Shown here one piece after another: positions 19,431 to 30,363 of a stretch of 64,000 bases of DNA. The translations under genes and the position numbers were made by a program. Source of the DNA: Candidatus Eiseniibacteriota bacterium (lineage in GTDB: Bacteria; Eisenbacteria; RBG-16-71-46); NCBI GenBank assembly GCA_031370785.1, contig JANMQY010000107.1, forward strand, positions 1-64,000, read 5' to 3'. Below the pieces are notes generated by a model that did not search any database, was not told the origin of the DNA, and saw only the letters and a program-made list of their open reading frames with translations. Positions within the stretch are counted from its first letter, which is position 1, and the number at the start of each line of letters is the position of its first letter.

Positions 19431-21235
19431 CGCCGCGCCGAGACTCCGTCCGCCTGGAGTCGCTGCTCCAGCCCGTGCAGCTCTTGCTTCAGGCCCTCGG
19501 GCAGCTTCTTGCCGAACTTGGCGTAGTGCTTCTTGATGCCGGCCAGCTCCTTCGACCAGCCCTCCGAGTCGACGCGCAGCAGCTCGGCGACGTTCGACTC
19601 GGCGAGGTCCAGCCCGGACAGGTCGAGGGCGCCGGGCGCCGGCACGCGGCCGATCGCGGTGTCCACTGCCTTGCCCGTGCCGGCCACGCGCTCGAACACC
19701 CACTTGAGTACCCGGCTGTTCTCTCCGTAACCCGGCCACAGGAACTTGCCGTCCGCGCCTTTGCGGAACCAGTTCACGTGGAAGATGCGCGGAAGCTTCG
19801 CCGGATCGGCGCTCGCGCCCATCTTCAGCCAGTGCGCGAAATAGTCGCCCATGTGGTAGCCGCAGAACGGCAGCATCGCGAACGGATCGTGGCGCACCGT
19901 ACCGACCGCGCCGGTCGCGGCGGCGGTGGTCTCGCTGCTCATGATCGAGCCGAGGAACGTGCCGTGCCGCCACGAGAGCGCCTCGTTCACCAGCGGGATC
20001 ACCGAAGCGCGCCGGCCGCCGAACAGGATCGCCGAGATCGGAACGCCGGCCGGGCTCTCCCAGTCGGGCGAGAGCACCGGGCACTGCTTCGCGGGAACCG
20101 TGAAGCGAGCGTTGGGATGTGCAGCCATGCGGCCGCTCTTCGGGGTCCACGGACGGCGCAGCCAGTCGTTCAGCTCGGGCGGCGGCGCGTCGCTCATCTC
20201 CTCCCACCACACGTCGTTCTCGGGCGTGAGCGCGCAATTGGTGAAGATCGAGTTGGCGCGCGCGGTCTGGATCGCGTTCGGATTGCTCTTCATGCTGGTG
20301 CCGGGTGCCACGCCGAAGAATCCCGCCTCCGGATTGATCGCGTGCAGGCGGCCGTCGCTGCCGAACTTCATCCACGCGATGTCGTCGCCGACGGTTTCGA
20401 TCTTCCAGCCGCGAAGCGTCGGATTCAGCATCGCGAGGTTGGTCTTGCCGCAGGCGGAAGGGAACGCTCCCGCGATGAAGATCCTCTTCCCCTCGGGGCT
20501 GGTGAGCCCGAGGATCAGCATGTGCTCGGCCATCCAGCCCTCGTCGTGCGCCTGCACCGAGGCGATGCGCAGTGCGTGGCACTTCTTGCCGAGCAGCGCG
20601 TTTCCGCCGTAACCCGACCCGTACGACCAGATCTCGCGAGTCTCGGGAAAATGGCAGATGAGCTTGGTGCTCGGGTTGCACGGCCACGGCGAATCCGGGG
20701 CGTTGCTCTCGAGCGGTGCACCCACCGAGTGCAGGCCGCGCACGAACTCGCCATCCGCGCCCAGTATTTCCAGCACCTGCTTCCCGACCCGCGCCATCAG
20801 GTGCATGTTGGCGGCGACATAGGGCGAGTCGCTCAGCTCCACCCCGATCCTGGCGATGGGCGAGCCGATCGGCCCCATGCTGTACGGAATCACGAACATC
20901 ACCCGGCCCTTCATCGAGCCGGCGAAGTGTCCGGCGAGCGTGGCCTTCATCTCGGACGGCTCGCGCCAGTTGTTGGTCGGGCCGGCGTCGTCCTCGCTCT
21001 TCGAGCAGATGAAGGTGAAATCCTCGACGCGCGCGACGTCGGCCGGGTCCGAGCGCACGAACACGCTGTTGGGACGCAGGGCTTCCTCCAGGCGGATCGC
21101 GGTGCCCGACTGAACCATGAGGTGCAGCATGCTCTGATATTCCTGAGCCGAGCCGTCACACCAGACCACCCGATCCGGCCGGCACAGGGTGGCCATTTCC
21201 GAGACCCACGCCTCGAGCTTCTTGTGCTTCGTCAT
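19427..21235 (-). CDS. pckG: Phosphoenolpyruvate carboxykinase (GTP)
   Basis: [68 protein letters not shown]. Confidence 0.96.
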   Translation of the reverse strand: MTKHKKLEAWVSEMATLCRPDRVVWCDGSAQEYQSMLHLMVQSGTAIRLEEALRPNSVFVRSDPADVARVEDFTFICSKSEDDAGPTNNWREPSEMKATLAGHFAGSMKGRVMFVIPYSMGPIGSPIARIGVELSDSPYVAANMHLMARVGKQVLEILGADGEFVRGLHSVGAPLESNAPDSPWPCNPSTKLICHFPETREIWSYGSGYGGNALLGKKCHALRIASVQAHDEGWMAEHMLILGLTSPEGKRIFIAGAFPSACGKTNLAMLNPTLRGWKIETVGDDIAWMKFGSDGRLHAINPEAGFFGVAPGTSMKSNPNAIQTARANSIFTNCALTPENDVWWEEMSDAPPPELNDWLRRPWTPKSGRMAAHPNARFTVPAKQCPVLSPDWESPAGVPISAILFGGRRASVIPLVNEALSWRHGTFLGSIMSSETTAAATGAVGTVRHDPFAMLPFCGYHMGDYFAHWLKMGASADPAKLPRIFHVNWFRKGADGKFLWPGYGENSRVLKWVFERVAGTGKAVDTAIGRVPAPGALDLSGLDLAESNVAELLRVDSEGWSKELAGIKKHYAKFGKKLPEGLKQELHGLEQRLQADGVSARR

Positions 21236-21333
21236 CGGGATCTGCCTTCGCTTTCCCAGTAGCGGCGTAACGCCGTTCGCGCGATTCCGGAAGGAAACCG
21301 CCGAGTTTTCGAGCGGACCCAATTGGCGGGCGG

Positions 21334-21361
21334 ATACTAGCGGATTGTCACGCGCCGGCAA
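21334..21361 (-). promoter_or_regulatory. Candidate sigma70 promoter of pckG
   Basis: TTGCCG-16 bp-TAGTAT on minus strand. Confidence 0.4.
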
Positions 21362-21438
21362 AAAAGGTGGCGCGACTCGGGCGATCAGGCCAGGAGGGAT
21401 GGCGCTGCGCAGGTCGAGGCGGTGGTCGAGGCGAAGCT

Positions 21439-21957
21439 TCAGGCGGCTTCGCGCCGACTGGTGATCTCGCGCATCTCGACCGCATAGCTCAGCGCGCTGG
21501 CCAGCAGCTTGTCGACGTCGAGATCGAGGCGGATCTCCTCGTCCTCGACCCGCTCGTCCGGACGGAACGCGAACTTGCCTTCCTGCCACAGTAGCAGACC
21601 CAGCACGATGTGACGCTGAACGGCGAGCACCGCCTCGCGGATCTGATCCTCGGTGAGCGCGCCGCTCTCCACCAGCATGTGCCCGATACGCAGGCCCGGG
21701 CGGTCCTGCTGGATCGCGAGCACGAACTCGATCGCCTCCGGCCTCACTTCACCGCGGCGCACCAGCACGTCACCCACTCGCAGCGTCGCTCCGGTCGAGG
21801 TTGCGAACAGCGTGCGGCCGTCCTCGACGTACAGGTTGATCTTTTCCCTGGCGCGCTCGAACTTGAGGCACCCGGTGACCCGGGCAGCCTGGAGCAGGCG
21901 CAGCAGATGCCCGGCGTTGAAGTGGGACAGTGAGCCGCTGAGGAACAGCGCAGCCAT
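21439..21957 (-). CDS. DUF4388 (PatA N-terminal-like) domain protein
   Basis: [13 protein letters not shown]...[35 protein letters not shown]. Confidence 0.75.
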   Translation of the reverse strand: MAALFLSGSLSHFNAGHLLRLLQAARVTGCLKFERAREKINLYVEDGRTLFATSTGATLRVGDVLVRRGEVRPEAIEFVLAIQQDRPGLRIGHMLVESGALTEDQIREAVLAVQRHIVLGLLLWQEGKFAFRPDERVEDEEIRLDLDVDKLLASALSYAVEMREITSRREAA

Positions 21958-22144
21958 GAGGTTCTCCCCCGAGGAACGTTTCGCGTCTCATCGCGGGCTA
22001 TCGGCTGGATTGGCCGCGAACTGAAGCGACTTGTCGGGCGGCGTTTCCGCACCCGCCACCCCCCTTGCGTCGCCCTTGGGAGAGGCGCATCTTTTGTGCG
22101 TCAACCTATCATCACCCCCTCAGGCGAGTTCCAGGAGGTCCCGC

Positions 22145-22741
22145 ATGGCGGCCCGCAAGCGCGCGCGTCCATCCCGCAAGCCCAAGACAGCGAGCCGCCG
22201 CCCGGCCAGACCCGCAAAGAAGCGCAAGGCGGGCGGCTCGAGGCGTACTCCGGCGAAGAAGCGTGTGGCGCGCAAGACGCGTCCAGCGGCGAAGTCGTCA
22301 CGCGCGTCGTCACGGCGGAGCAGCGCTTCCGCGCGGCCCAGGGCATCCGGGATGGTTCCGAGCGGGATCGGTCTCGTCAACCACCACCTCGACTACACCA
22401 CCCACGACCTGGCCGCGGTGCGCCGGTTCTACGTGGAGGTGCTGGGCTTCACTCAGGTCGAGGAGATGCCGGACCTCGAATACATCTCGATTCAGACCGG
22501 ACCCAGCTCCAGCCTCGGCTTCTCGCCGCCCATGCCCGGACCGCCCGAGCAATGGCGGCCGCCGCGCGAGCCGGCGCTCTATTTCCGGGTCGAGAACGTG
22601 GACCGGGCGCATCAGCGGCTGGCCGCAAAGGGTGTAACGTTCGAGCAGTCCCCCACCGACATGCCGTGGGGCCACCGCGTGGCGATCCTGCGAGATCCCG
22701 AGGGGCGTGCCGTGTATCTGGCGCACGACCTCCAGCGCTGA
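22145..22741 (+). CDS. VOC/glyoxalase family protein with long basic N-terminal extension
   Basis: GGAGG RBS; K/R/A/S-rich N-terminus; RRFYVEVLGF, LYFRVENVD, DMPWGHR, RDPEG. Confidence 0.8.
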   Translation: MAARKRARPSRKPKTASRRPARPAKKRKAGGSRRTPAKKRVARKTRPAAKSSRASSRRSSASARPRASGMVPSGIGLVNHHLDYTTHDLAAVRRFYVEVLGFTQVEEMPDLEYISIQTGPSSSLGFSPPMPGPPEQWRPPREPALYFRVENVDRAHQRLAAKGVTFEQSPTDMPWGHRVAILRDPEGRAVYLAHDLQR

Positions 22742-22763
22742 TCCCTTAGGGCGAGGAACTGAC

Positions 22764-23906
22764 ATGGCGATTCGTGCCGAAAAACTCCGCGCGCTCGGGC
22801 AGAGCGTGTGGCTCGACTTCATCCGCCGCCGATATCTTGTCTCCGGCGAGTTCGATCGCGTGGTGCGCGAGCAGGGCGTGGTCGGCGTGACCTCGAACCC
22901 CACCATCTTCCAGCAGGCGATCGCGACCAGTGACGACTACGACGGAGGAATCGCGACCCGCTCCGCAGAAGGCCTTTCCGGCACGGCGCTGTTCGAGGCG
23001 CTCGCGGTCGAGGACATCCAGAACGCGTGCGACCGGCTGCGCACGGTGTTCGAGCATACGCACGGCCTCGATGGGCGGGTGAGCATCGAGGTCAATCCCA
23101 AGCTCGCGCACGACACCGCCGGCAGCATCGAAGAGGGCCGCCGCCTGCGCCGCGTGGTCGGCCGCGACAACGTCATGATCAAGGTGCCCGCCACGCCAGA
23201 AGGCCTGCCCGCGATCACCGAGCTGACCGCCGAAGGCGTGAGCGTGAACGTGACCCTGATCTTCTCGATCGCGCGCTACGAGGAGGTCATGGATGCCTAC
23301 CTGCTCGGGCTCGAGCGCCGGAGCGCCAAGGGCCTCGCGCTCGAATCGATCTACTCGGTGGCCTCGTTCTTCGTCTCGCGGGTCGACACCAAGGTGGACG
23401 CGGCCATCGATGCCGCAGTCGCGACCCTGCCCGCGGGCGCCGGCGAGCGGAAGGAACTGGCCACGCTCAAGGGCAGGGCCGCGATCGCAAACGCGCGGCT
23501 GGCCTACGCGCGCTTCCGCAGCGTGTTCACATCGGCGCGCTTCAAGCCGCTCGCGACGCGGGGAGGCCACCTGCAGCGGCCGCTGTGGGCCTCGACCAGC
23601 ACCAAGAACCCGGCCTACCCGGACACAATGTACGTGGACGAGCTGATCGGGCCGGACACGGTGAACACCATGCCGCCCGCGACGCTGCTCGCCTACAACG
23701 ACCACGGCTCGCTCGAGCCGCGGATCGAACACGATCTCGAAGGCGCGCGCGCGCTGTTCGCGCGCCTGCCAGCGCTGGGTGTGCCGATCGAGCGCCTCAT
23801 CGACCAGCTCGAGGGCGAGGGCGTCGCGGCGTTCGCGAAGTCCTTCGATCAGCTGCTCGACGCGCTGAACCAAAAGCGCGCGGCGCTGATCGCACGCGCT
23901 CGATGA
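22764..23906 (+). CDS. tal: Transaldolase (type found with Pgi)
   Basis: GQSVWLD, GVTSNPTIF, VSIEV, NVMIKVPAT (Schiff-base Lys), SFFVSRVD, QRPLWAST. Confidence 0.95.
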   Translation: MAIRAEKLRALGQSVWLDFIRRRYLVSGEFDRVVREQGVVGVTSNPTIFQQAIATSDDYDGGIATRSAEGLSGTALFEALAVEDIQNACDRLRTVFEHTHGLDGRVSIEVNPKLAHDTAGSIEEGRRLRRVVGRDNVMIKVPATPEGLPAITELTAEGVSVNVTLIFSIARYEEVMDAYLLGLERRSAKGLALESIYSVASFFVSRVDTKVDAAIDAAVATLPAGAGERKELATLKGRAAIANARLAYARFRSVFTSARFKPLATRGGHLQRPLWASTSTKNPAYPDTMYVDELIGPDTVNTMPPATLLAYNDHGSLEPRIEHDLEGARALFARLPALGVPIERLIDQLEGEGVAAFAKSFDQLLDALNQKRAALIARAR

Positions 23907-25642
23907 CCGCGGTTCCCACCGGACTACGCATGGCCGGGGGCCTCGATTCCGCCGCACTCGAGCGCAGGCTCACCACACTCGGCATCCAGCACTTCGCCGC
24001 CCGCCTGTGGGCACACGACGACGCACTGTGGGGCGACGATCCGGTGCACCGCGCGGTGGCCGCGAACCGACTGGGCTGGATCGACTCGCCCGGGAAGATG
24101 CGCGACTCGATCGACGACCTGCGCGCATTCGCCGCGGAAGTGGTCGAGTTCGGCTTCACCCACGTCGTGCTGCTCGGTATGGGTGGCTCGAGCCTCGCGC
24201 CCGAGGTGCTGCGCCGCACGTTCGGAGTCGCGACCGACGGGCTCGAGCTGACCGTGCTCGACAACACCTCGCCCGCTGCGGTGCGCGCGATCGACCGATC
24301 GCACGATCCGAAGCGCACGCTGTTCGTGGTCTCGAGCAAATCGGGCGGCACCATCGAAGTGAGCTCGTTCGAGAAGCACTTCTTCGAATGGGTCGGCGCG
24401 GTGCGAGGCGCCTCCGCCGGGCAGTCGTTCGTCGCGATCACGGATCCGCACACCTCGCTAGAGGTGCTGGCCGGGAATCGCGCATACCGCCGCACGTTCC
24501 TGAATCCGCCCGACATCGGCGGACGCTACAGCGCGCTCTCCTACTTCGGCATGGTTCCGGCCGCGCTGATCGGCGCCGATCTCGACGCCCTGCTCGCCGG
24601 CGCGCTCGACGAGGCGGAGCGAAGCGGTCCAAAGGTTCCGGCGCGCTCCAGCCCCGGCATCGCGCTCGGCGCCGCGCTCGGCGAGCTGGCGCTGGCGGGG
24701 CGCGACAAGCTCACTCTGGTGCTCGGCGGCGGGCTCGAGCCCTTGGGCGTGTGGATCGAGCAGCTGGTCGCCGAGAGCACGGGCAAGAACGGACGCGGCA
24801 TCGTGCCGATAGCCGATGAGCCGCTGGCCGGGCCCCAGGCCTACGGCGACGATCGCGTGTTCGTGTCGATTCATGCCGGCGCGCGAAACCCCGCGATCGA
24901 TTCGAAGCTCGACGCGCTCGAGCGGGCCGGACATCCGGTCCTGCGCGCGACCCGCGCCACGGTCGAGGAGCTGGGCGGCGAGTTCCTGCGCTGGGAGATC
25001 GCGACCGCCACCGCGGGCGCGGTGCTGCAGGTGGACCCGTTCGACGAGCCGAACGTGAGCGAGGCCAAGCAGACGACCCAGGCGCAGCTCAAGTATTTCC
25101 TCGATCGCGGAGCATTCGTCGAGCCCACCCCGGTGTCGACCGGGAACCCGGTCGCGTACGCACCGGCCGCGATCGCCGAGATGCTGATCCCGCGGCTCGA
25201 GGGCAACACCAGCGCCACGGCATGGGTCGCCGCGTTGCTGAGCCTGGCAAAGCCCGGCGACTACTTCGCGGTTCTGGCCTTCCTGCATCGCACTCCCGAG
25301 CGACACGAAAAGCTCGAGAGGCTGCGCCTCGCGGTGCGATCCGCGACCCGCCTCGCCACCACCCTCGGCTACGGCCCGCGCTACCTGCACTCGACCGGCC
25401 AGCTGCACAAGGGCGGCCCCAACACCGGAATCTTCCTGCAGATCACCGGCGAGGAAGGCGAGGACCTGCCGATTCCGGGCGAGCGCTACGGGTTCGCGGC
25501 GCTGCGTCACGCCCAGGCGAACGGCGACTACGAGGTGCTCGAGCGCCGCGGGCGCCGCCTGATGCGCGTGCACCTGGGGACCGATCTGGATCGCGGGCTC
25601 GACGATCTGATCGCCGCGCTCGAGAGTCACGCACGCGCCTGA
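23903..25642 (+). CDS. pgi: Glucose-6-phosphate isomerase (Pgi half of Tal-Pgi type)
   Basis: GMGGSSL, SSKSGGT, IGGRYSALS, EQLVAESTGK, PFDEPNV, GPRYLHSTGQLHKGG; ATGA overlap with tal. Confidence 0.92.
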   Translation: MTAVPTGLRMAGGLDSAALERRLTTLGIQHFAARLWAHDDALWGDDPVHRAVAANRLGWIDSPGKMRDSIDDLRAFAAEVVEFGFTHVVLLGMGGSSLAPEVLRRTFGVATDGLELTVLDNTSPAAVRAIDRSHDPKRTLFVVSSKSGGTIEVSSFEKHFFEWVGAVRGASAGQSFVAITDPHTSLEVLAGNRAYRRTFLNPPDIGGRYSALSYFGMVPAALIGADLDALLAGALDEAERSGPKVPARSSPGIALGAALGELALAGRDKLTLVLGGGLEPLGVWIEQLVAESTGKNGRGIVPIADEPLAGPQAYGDDRVFVSIHAGARNPAIDSKLDALERAGHPVLRATRATVEELGGEFLRWEIATATAGAVLQVDPFDEPNVSEAKQTTQAQLKYFLDRGAFVEPTPVSTGNPVAYAPAAIAEMLIPRLEGNTSATAWVAALLSLAKPGDYFAVLAFLHRTPERHEKLERLRLAVRSATRLATTLGYGPRYLHSTGQLHKGGPNTGIFLQITGEEGEDLPIPGERYGFAALRHAQANGDYEVLERRGRRLMRVHLGTDLDRGLDDLIAALESHARA

Positions 25643-25661
25643 GGGAGGCGTGCGGCAGACG

Positions 25662-26690
25662 TCACTCGCCTGAGGCCGTGCCGCGCATCAGCTCGAGCGC
25701 CGCGGACAGGTCCACGTTTCCGCCCGAGAGAATGACGCCGACCCTGCTGCCGCGCGCTTCGATCGCGCCACTCATGAGCGCCGCGAGCCCGAGCACCCCG
25801 GTCGGCTCGACGATCAGCTTCATCCGCTCCCACACGAAGCGCATGGCGTCGACCAGCGCCGCATCGGGCACGCTGATCACGTCGCTCACGTGACGGCGGA
25901 TGATCCCGAAGGTCAGCGGCCCGAGCGAAGGCGTGCGGGCCCCGTCCGCGATGGTCTCGGGGTGCTCGACCCGCTCGAGGCGCCCGCTGCGGAACGACCG
26001 CACCCCGTCGTCCCCTGCGGCGGGCTCGACTCCGATCACGCGGCACGATGGGCTCGCGTGCTGCGCGGCGAGCGCCGAGCCGGACAGCAATCCTCCGCCT
26101 CCGAGCGGCACCAGCAGCAGATCAAGCGTCCCTAAATCCTCGAACAGCTCGAGCGCGGCGGTGCCCTGACCGGTCAGGATGTCGATGTGGTTGAAGGGCG
26201 GCACCAGCGTTCGCCCGCTCTCGCGCGCGAGACGCCCGGCGAGCCCGTCACGCGCCTCCCCGACCTGATCGTAGAAGACGACTTCGGCGCCATAGCCGCG
26301 CGTCGCCGCGAGCTTCGCGGCCGGCGCCCAGCTCGGCATCACGATGGTCGCCGGGACGCCGAACTCGCGCGCGACCAGCGCCACCGCCTGCGCGTGGTTG
26401 CCGGACGAGAACGCCACCACCCCGCGTGCGCGCACTTCGGGCGCGAGACGCGAGATCATGTGGTACGCGCCGCGGAACTTGAAGGCGCCCATGCGCTGCA
26501 GGTTCTCGCACTTGAGCGCGACCAACGCTCCCAGGCGTGCATCCAGGTTCCGCGAGCGCGCGATCGGGGTGCGATGCGCGACGCCGTGCAGGCGCTCGCG
26601 CGCTTCGAGTAGACGCTCGATCAGCGCCCGGGTCTCTGGCATCGGATCGAACGGCGCGTCGGCCGCGGCGCTGTTCGCGGGATCGCTCAT
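25662..26690 (-). CDS. PLP-dependent serine/threonine dehydratase family (threo-3-hydroxyaspartate ammonia-lyase-like)
   Basis: KCENLQRMGAFKFRGA, SSGNHAQ, GGGGLLSG, SGGNVD; no ACT domain. Confidence 0.85.
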   Translation of the reverse strand: MSDPANSAAADAPFDPMPETRALIERLLEARERLHGVAHRTPIARSRNLDARLGALVALKCENLQRMGAFKFRGAYHMISRLAPEVRARGVVAFSSGNHAQAVALVAREFGVPATIVMPSWAPAAKLAATRGYGAEVVFYDQVGEARDGLAGRLARESGRTLVPPFNHIDILTGQGTAALELFEDLGTLDLLLVPLGGGGLLSGSALAAQHASPSCRVIGVEPAAGDDGVRSFRSGRLERVEHPETIADGARTPSLGPLTFGIIRRHVSDVISVPDAALVDAMRFVWERMKLIVEPTGVLGLAALMSGAIEARGSRVGVILSGGNVDLSAALELMRGTASGE

Positions 26691-26697
26691 CTTAGGT

Positions 26698-28095
26698 TCA
26701 GCCGCCCGCGCTGCCGCCGGGCTCCAGGCCCGGACGGGTCTGGCGCGCCGGATCGAGCGCTTCGTCGATCTCCTCTGGCGAGAGTTTGGTCATCTCGCGT
26801 GCCAGCTCGCGCACCTGGCGTTTCTCCTTGAAAGCGCGCTTGGCGATTTCGGCCGCCTTGTCGTAGCCGATCAGCGGGTTCAGTGCGGTCGCCATGCTCG
26901 GCGAGATCTCGACGTAGCTGCGGCAGGTCTCGGCATTCGCCACCATGCCAGCCAGCGACTTGTCGGCAAAGGCGCGCGACGCGTTGGCGAGCAGACGGAT
27001 GCTCTCGAGCAGGTTGCGGGTCATCACCGGCAGCATGGTGTTGAGCTCGAGCTGGCCCCACTGCGCGCCGACCGTGATCGCGACGTGGTTGCCCATCACC
27101 TGCGCGCCCACCTGGATCACCGCCTCGCAGATCACCGGGTTGACCTTGCCGGGCATGATGCTCGAGCCGGGCTGGATCGCGGGCAGCGTCACTTCGCCGA
27201 GGCCGCAGCGCGGTCCGCTGTTCAACAGCCGCACGTCGTTTGCGATCTTCATCAGGCTCGCCGCCACCGAGTTGAGCGCGGCGCTCGCCCACAGCGCGCC
27301 GTCCTGCGCTCCCTGCGCCTCGAAGTGGTTGCGCGCCTCGCGGAACGGGAGCCGGGTGCGGCTCGCGATCTCGGCGGCCATGCGCGCGCCGAATTCGGGA
27401 TGGGTGTTGAGTCCGGTGCCCACCGCGGTGCCACCGATCGCCAGCTCGCACAGATCGGGCAGGGTCGCGCGCACACGCTCGATCGAGTGCTCGACCTGCG
27501 AGGCGTAGCCCGAGAACTCCTGCCCGAGCCGGATCGGAGTCGCGTCCATCAGGTGGGTGCGCCCGGTCTTGATGACCTCGTGAAAGTCGCGGGAGCGGGC
27601 CTCGAGCACGCCTTTCAGGTGCTCGAGCGCCGGTAGGAGCTGCTTGTCGAGCGCGATCGCCGCCGAAAGGTGCAGCGCCGCCGGGATCACGTCGTTGCTG
27701 CTCTGGCCGAAGTTGACGTGATCGTTCGGGTGGACGCTGCGACCCAGGATCTCCGAGGCGCGATTCGCGATCACCTCGTTCGCGTTCATGTTCGTGCTGG
27801 TGCCGCTGCCGGTCTGAAAGACATCGATCGGGAACTCGGCGTCCCATTTTCCTTCGGCCACTTCGCCGGCGGCCTGCTCGATCGCCTTTGCGACATCCTT
27901 CTCGATCAGCCCGAGCGATGCGTTGACCCGCGCCGCGGTCTGCTTGATGAGCCCAAGCGCGTGGATGAACTCCGCCGGCATCGGCTGCCCCGAAATCGGG
28001 AAGTTGTCGATCGCGCGCTGAGTCTGCGGACCGTAGCGTGCGCGCGCCGAAACTTTCATCTCTCCGAGGCTGTCCTTCTCGATGCGATAGTCCAT
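26698..28095 (-). CDS. fumC: Class II fumarate hydratase
   Basis: RIEKDSLG, QTGSGTSTNMN, GRTHLMDATP, GSSIMPGKVNP. Confidence 0.93.
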   Translation of the reverse strand: MDYRIEKDSLGEMKVSARARYGPQTQRAIDNFPISGQPMPAEFIHALGLIKQTAARVNASLGLIEKDVAKAIEQAAGEVAEGKWDAEFPIDVFQTGSGTSTNMNANEVIANRASEILGRSVHPNDHVNFGQSSNDVIPAALHLSAAIALDKQLLPALEHLKGVLEARSRDFHEVIKTGRTHLMDATPIRLGQEFSGYASQVEHSIERVRATLPDLCELAIGGTAVGTGLNTHPEFGARMAAEIASRTRLPFREARNHFEAQGAQDGALWASAALNSVAASLMKIANDVRLLNSGPRCGLGEVTLPAIQPGSSIMPGKVNPVICEAVIQVGAQVMGNHVAITVGAQWGQLELNTMLPVMTRNLLESIRLLANASRAFADKSLAGMVANAETCRSYVEISPSMATALNPLIGYDKAAEIAKRAFKEKRQVRELAREMTKLSPEEIDEALDPARQTRPGLEPGGSAGG

Positions 28096-28505
28096 CAGCT
28101 TCTCCTCTGCGAACGATTGAGCCACTCGAAGCCACAAAGCTCGACCCGATGATCGTCGGGGTCGCTGAAATAGATCGAGTCGGCGGCCCAGCCCTCGAAC
28201 GTGATCGGCCCCTCGACGGCGAGCCCGAGCGATTCGAGCCGCGACTTTTCGCCAGGCACGTCCTCGCGCGCGATCGCGATCGCAAAGTGCGCCGGCCCGC
28301 CGCAGTGCGCCGCTCCGTACGAGAGAGGCTTTGCGGTGAGTCCGAGCCGCGGCGGTTGCCCGGGCGCCCCGGTCCACAGCCAGGTCCACGTCCCGCTCGG
28401 CCGGCTCTCGATCGCGAGACCGACGACGTCGTGATAGAACGCGGTCGAGCGCTCGACGTCGGCGACGCGCAGGATCAGCTCGGAGAGGCCGTGCCGGCCG
28501 GTCAT
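28095..28505 (-). CDS. VOC/glyoxalase family protein
   Basis: LRVADVERSTAFYHDVVGL, HFAIAI, SIYFSDPDDHRVE. Confidence 0.85.
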   Translation of the reverse strand: MTGRHGLSELILRVADVERSTAFYHDVVGLAIESRPSGTWTWLWTGAPGQPPRLGLTAKPLSYGAAHCGGPAHFAIAIAREDVPGEKSRLESLGLAVEGPITFEGWAADSIYFSDPDDHRVELCGFEWLNRSQRRS

Positions 28506-28942
28506 GGAGCCACTTCCGGCCCGGGTGTCGCCGGCAGGATCTCCCAGCGGCTGACGATCGGGATGTCGGTGCGCAGCGAATGATGGACCGAGCAGTACTT
28601 GGTCTCGCTCAGACGGATCGCCTCCTCGAGCGCGAGTGCGGTCACGTTGCCGCGCACCCGGTGCAGGATCTCGATCTTCTTGAACGAGCGCGGATGCTCG
28701 GCATGCCGCTCGCCGGTGAGGCTCACTTCGTAGCCGGTCACCTGCAGGCGCTTCTTCCTCAAGATGCCGATCACGTCCATGCCCTCGCACGCTCCGAGCG
28801 CGGCAAGAACGGTCTCGACCGGGTCCGGTCCGGTCATGCCGGCGCCGCTGTCGAAGATCAACTGCTGCCCGCTCCCGCAGCGTGCGAGAAAGCGCAAGCC
28901 CGTCGGGCCGCCGTCATGGATCAGGACCGCAGTGGTGCTCAT
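28502..28942 (-). CDS. OsmC/YhfA family protein
   Basis: GPDPVETVLAALGACEGMDV...KYCSV two-Cys pattern. Confidence 0.88.
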   Translation of the reverse strand: MSTTAVLIHDGGPTGLRFLARCGSGQQLIFDSGAGMTGPDPVETVLAALGACEGMDVIGILRKKRLQVTGYEVSLTGERHAEHPRSFKKIEILHRVRGNVTALALEEAIRLSETKYCSVHHSLRTDIPIVSRWEILPATPGPEVAP

Positions 28943-30363
28943 GCGTTCTCCGCTCCGACGCGCGCCGGAATCGCCCCGAGCGCGCGCAGTTTGTTGTAGC
29001 CGTCGAGCGCCGCGACCTTGTAGCACTCGGCGAGTGTCGGATAGTTGAACACGTTGTTGATGAAGTAGTCGAGCGTCCCCGAGAGCGCCATCACCGCCTG
29101 GCCGATGTGCACCAGCTCGGTCGCCTGGGTGCCCACCACCCAGACTCCGAGGATGAACCGCGTCTCGAGATGGATGATCAGCTTGAGCATGCCCTGCGAG
29201 TCGCCGAGGATCTGTCCGCGCGCGATCTCGCGGTAGCGCGCCACTCCGGTCTCGTAGGGCACGCCCTTCGCGGTCAGCTCCTCCTCGGTGCGGCCGACCC
29301 ACGCGATCTCGGGAATCGAGTAGATGCCGAACGGGAACAGCTCGGGCACGCTGGTGGTGGGCACGCCGAACGCATGACAGGCAGCGATCCGGCCCTGCTC
29401 CATGCTGGTCGCGGCCAGTGCCGGGAAGCCGATCACGTCGCCGACCGCGTAGAGGTGCGGCACCACGGTCTGGTAGTGCTCGTTGACCGCGATTCGCCCG
29501 CGCGCATCCGCGGCGAGCCCCGCCTTCTCGAGCGCGAGCTTCGCGGTATTGCCCACGCGTCCGGCCGAGATCAGAGCCATGTCGGTGGCCATGCGCTTGC
29601 CGCTCTTCAGCGCCACCACCACGTGCGCGGTGCCGCCGAACTCGAGGTGATCCACCTCTTCGCCCAGACGCAGCGTCAGGTTCATCTCGCGCGCCTCGTG
29701 GATCATCGCATCCACGATCTCGCGATCGACCATGTCGAGCAGGGAATCGCGCTTGTCGAGCAGCGTCACCTCGATGCCGAGCGTCGCGAAGATGGTTGCG
29801 TACTCGACGCCGATCACGCCCGCGCCCACCACGGTGAGCGTGCGCGGCAGCTTGACGAGCGACAGGATGTCGTCGCTGGTGAGCACGGTGTGATGGTCCA
29901 CCTCGATCCCGGGTGGCAGGCTGGGCGCGGAGCCGGTCGCGATCACGATCACCTCGCCCGAGAGCAACTCGCCGCGATCGCCGTCGTCCACCGCCACGCG
30001 ATGCGGGTCCTCGAAGCGTGCCGTGCCCGAGATCAGCTGGATGCCGTTGCGCCGCAGCTGCGCCTCCACGACGTCGCGCTCGCGCTGCATGACGATCCCG
30101 GTCCGCAACAGCAGATCCTGCGCGGTGATATCGGTTTTGTTCCGGTAGGCTTCGCCATACAGCGAACGCTGGCGCAGGCCCGACAGGTCGATCACCGCCT
30201 CGCGCAGCGTCTTGCTCGGAATGGTGCCGGTGTTGATGCAGTCGCCGCCGACGACCTTCATGCGCTCGATCACCGCCACCCGCTTGCCCAGCTTGGCAGC
30301 CGCCACCGCCGCGCGCTGGCCACCCGGGCCGCTGCCGATTACGACGAGATCGTAGGTCTGCAT
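28939..30363 (-). CDS. sthA: Soluble pyridine nucleotide transhydrogenase
   Basis: GSGPGG, GGDCINTGTIPSKTLRE (second redox Cys absent, as in SthA), GAGVIG, GFPALAATSMEQGR, FNYPTLAECYKVAALD. Confidence 0.92.
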   Translation of the reverse strand: MQTYDLVVIGSGPGGQRAAVAAAKLGKRVAVIERMKVVGGDCINTGTIPSKTLREAVIDLSGLRQRSLYGEAYRNKTDITAQDLLLRTGIVMQRERDVVEAQLRRNGIQLISGTARFEDPHRVAVDDGDRGELLSGEVIVIATGSAPSLPPGIEVDHHTVLTSDDILSLVKLPRTLTVVGAGVIGVEYATIFATLGIEVTLLDKRDSLLDMVDREIVDAMIHEAREMNLTLRLGEEVDHLEFGGTAHVVVALKSGKRMATDMALISAGRVGNTAKLALEKAGLAADARGRIAVNEHYQTVVPHLYAVGDVIGFPALAATSMEQGRIAACHAFGVPTTSVPELFPFGIYSIPEIAWVGRTEEELTAKGVPYETGVARYREIARGQILGDSQGMLKLIIHLETRFILGVWVVGTQATELVHIGQAVMALSGTLDYFINNVFNYPTLAECYKVAALDGYNKLRALGAIPARVGAENA

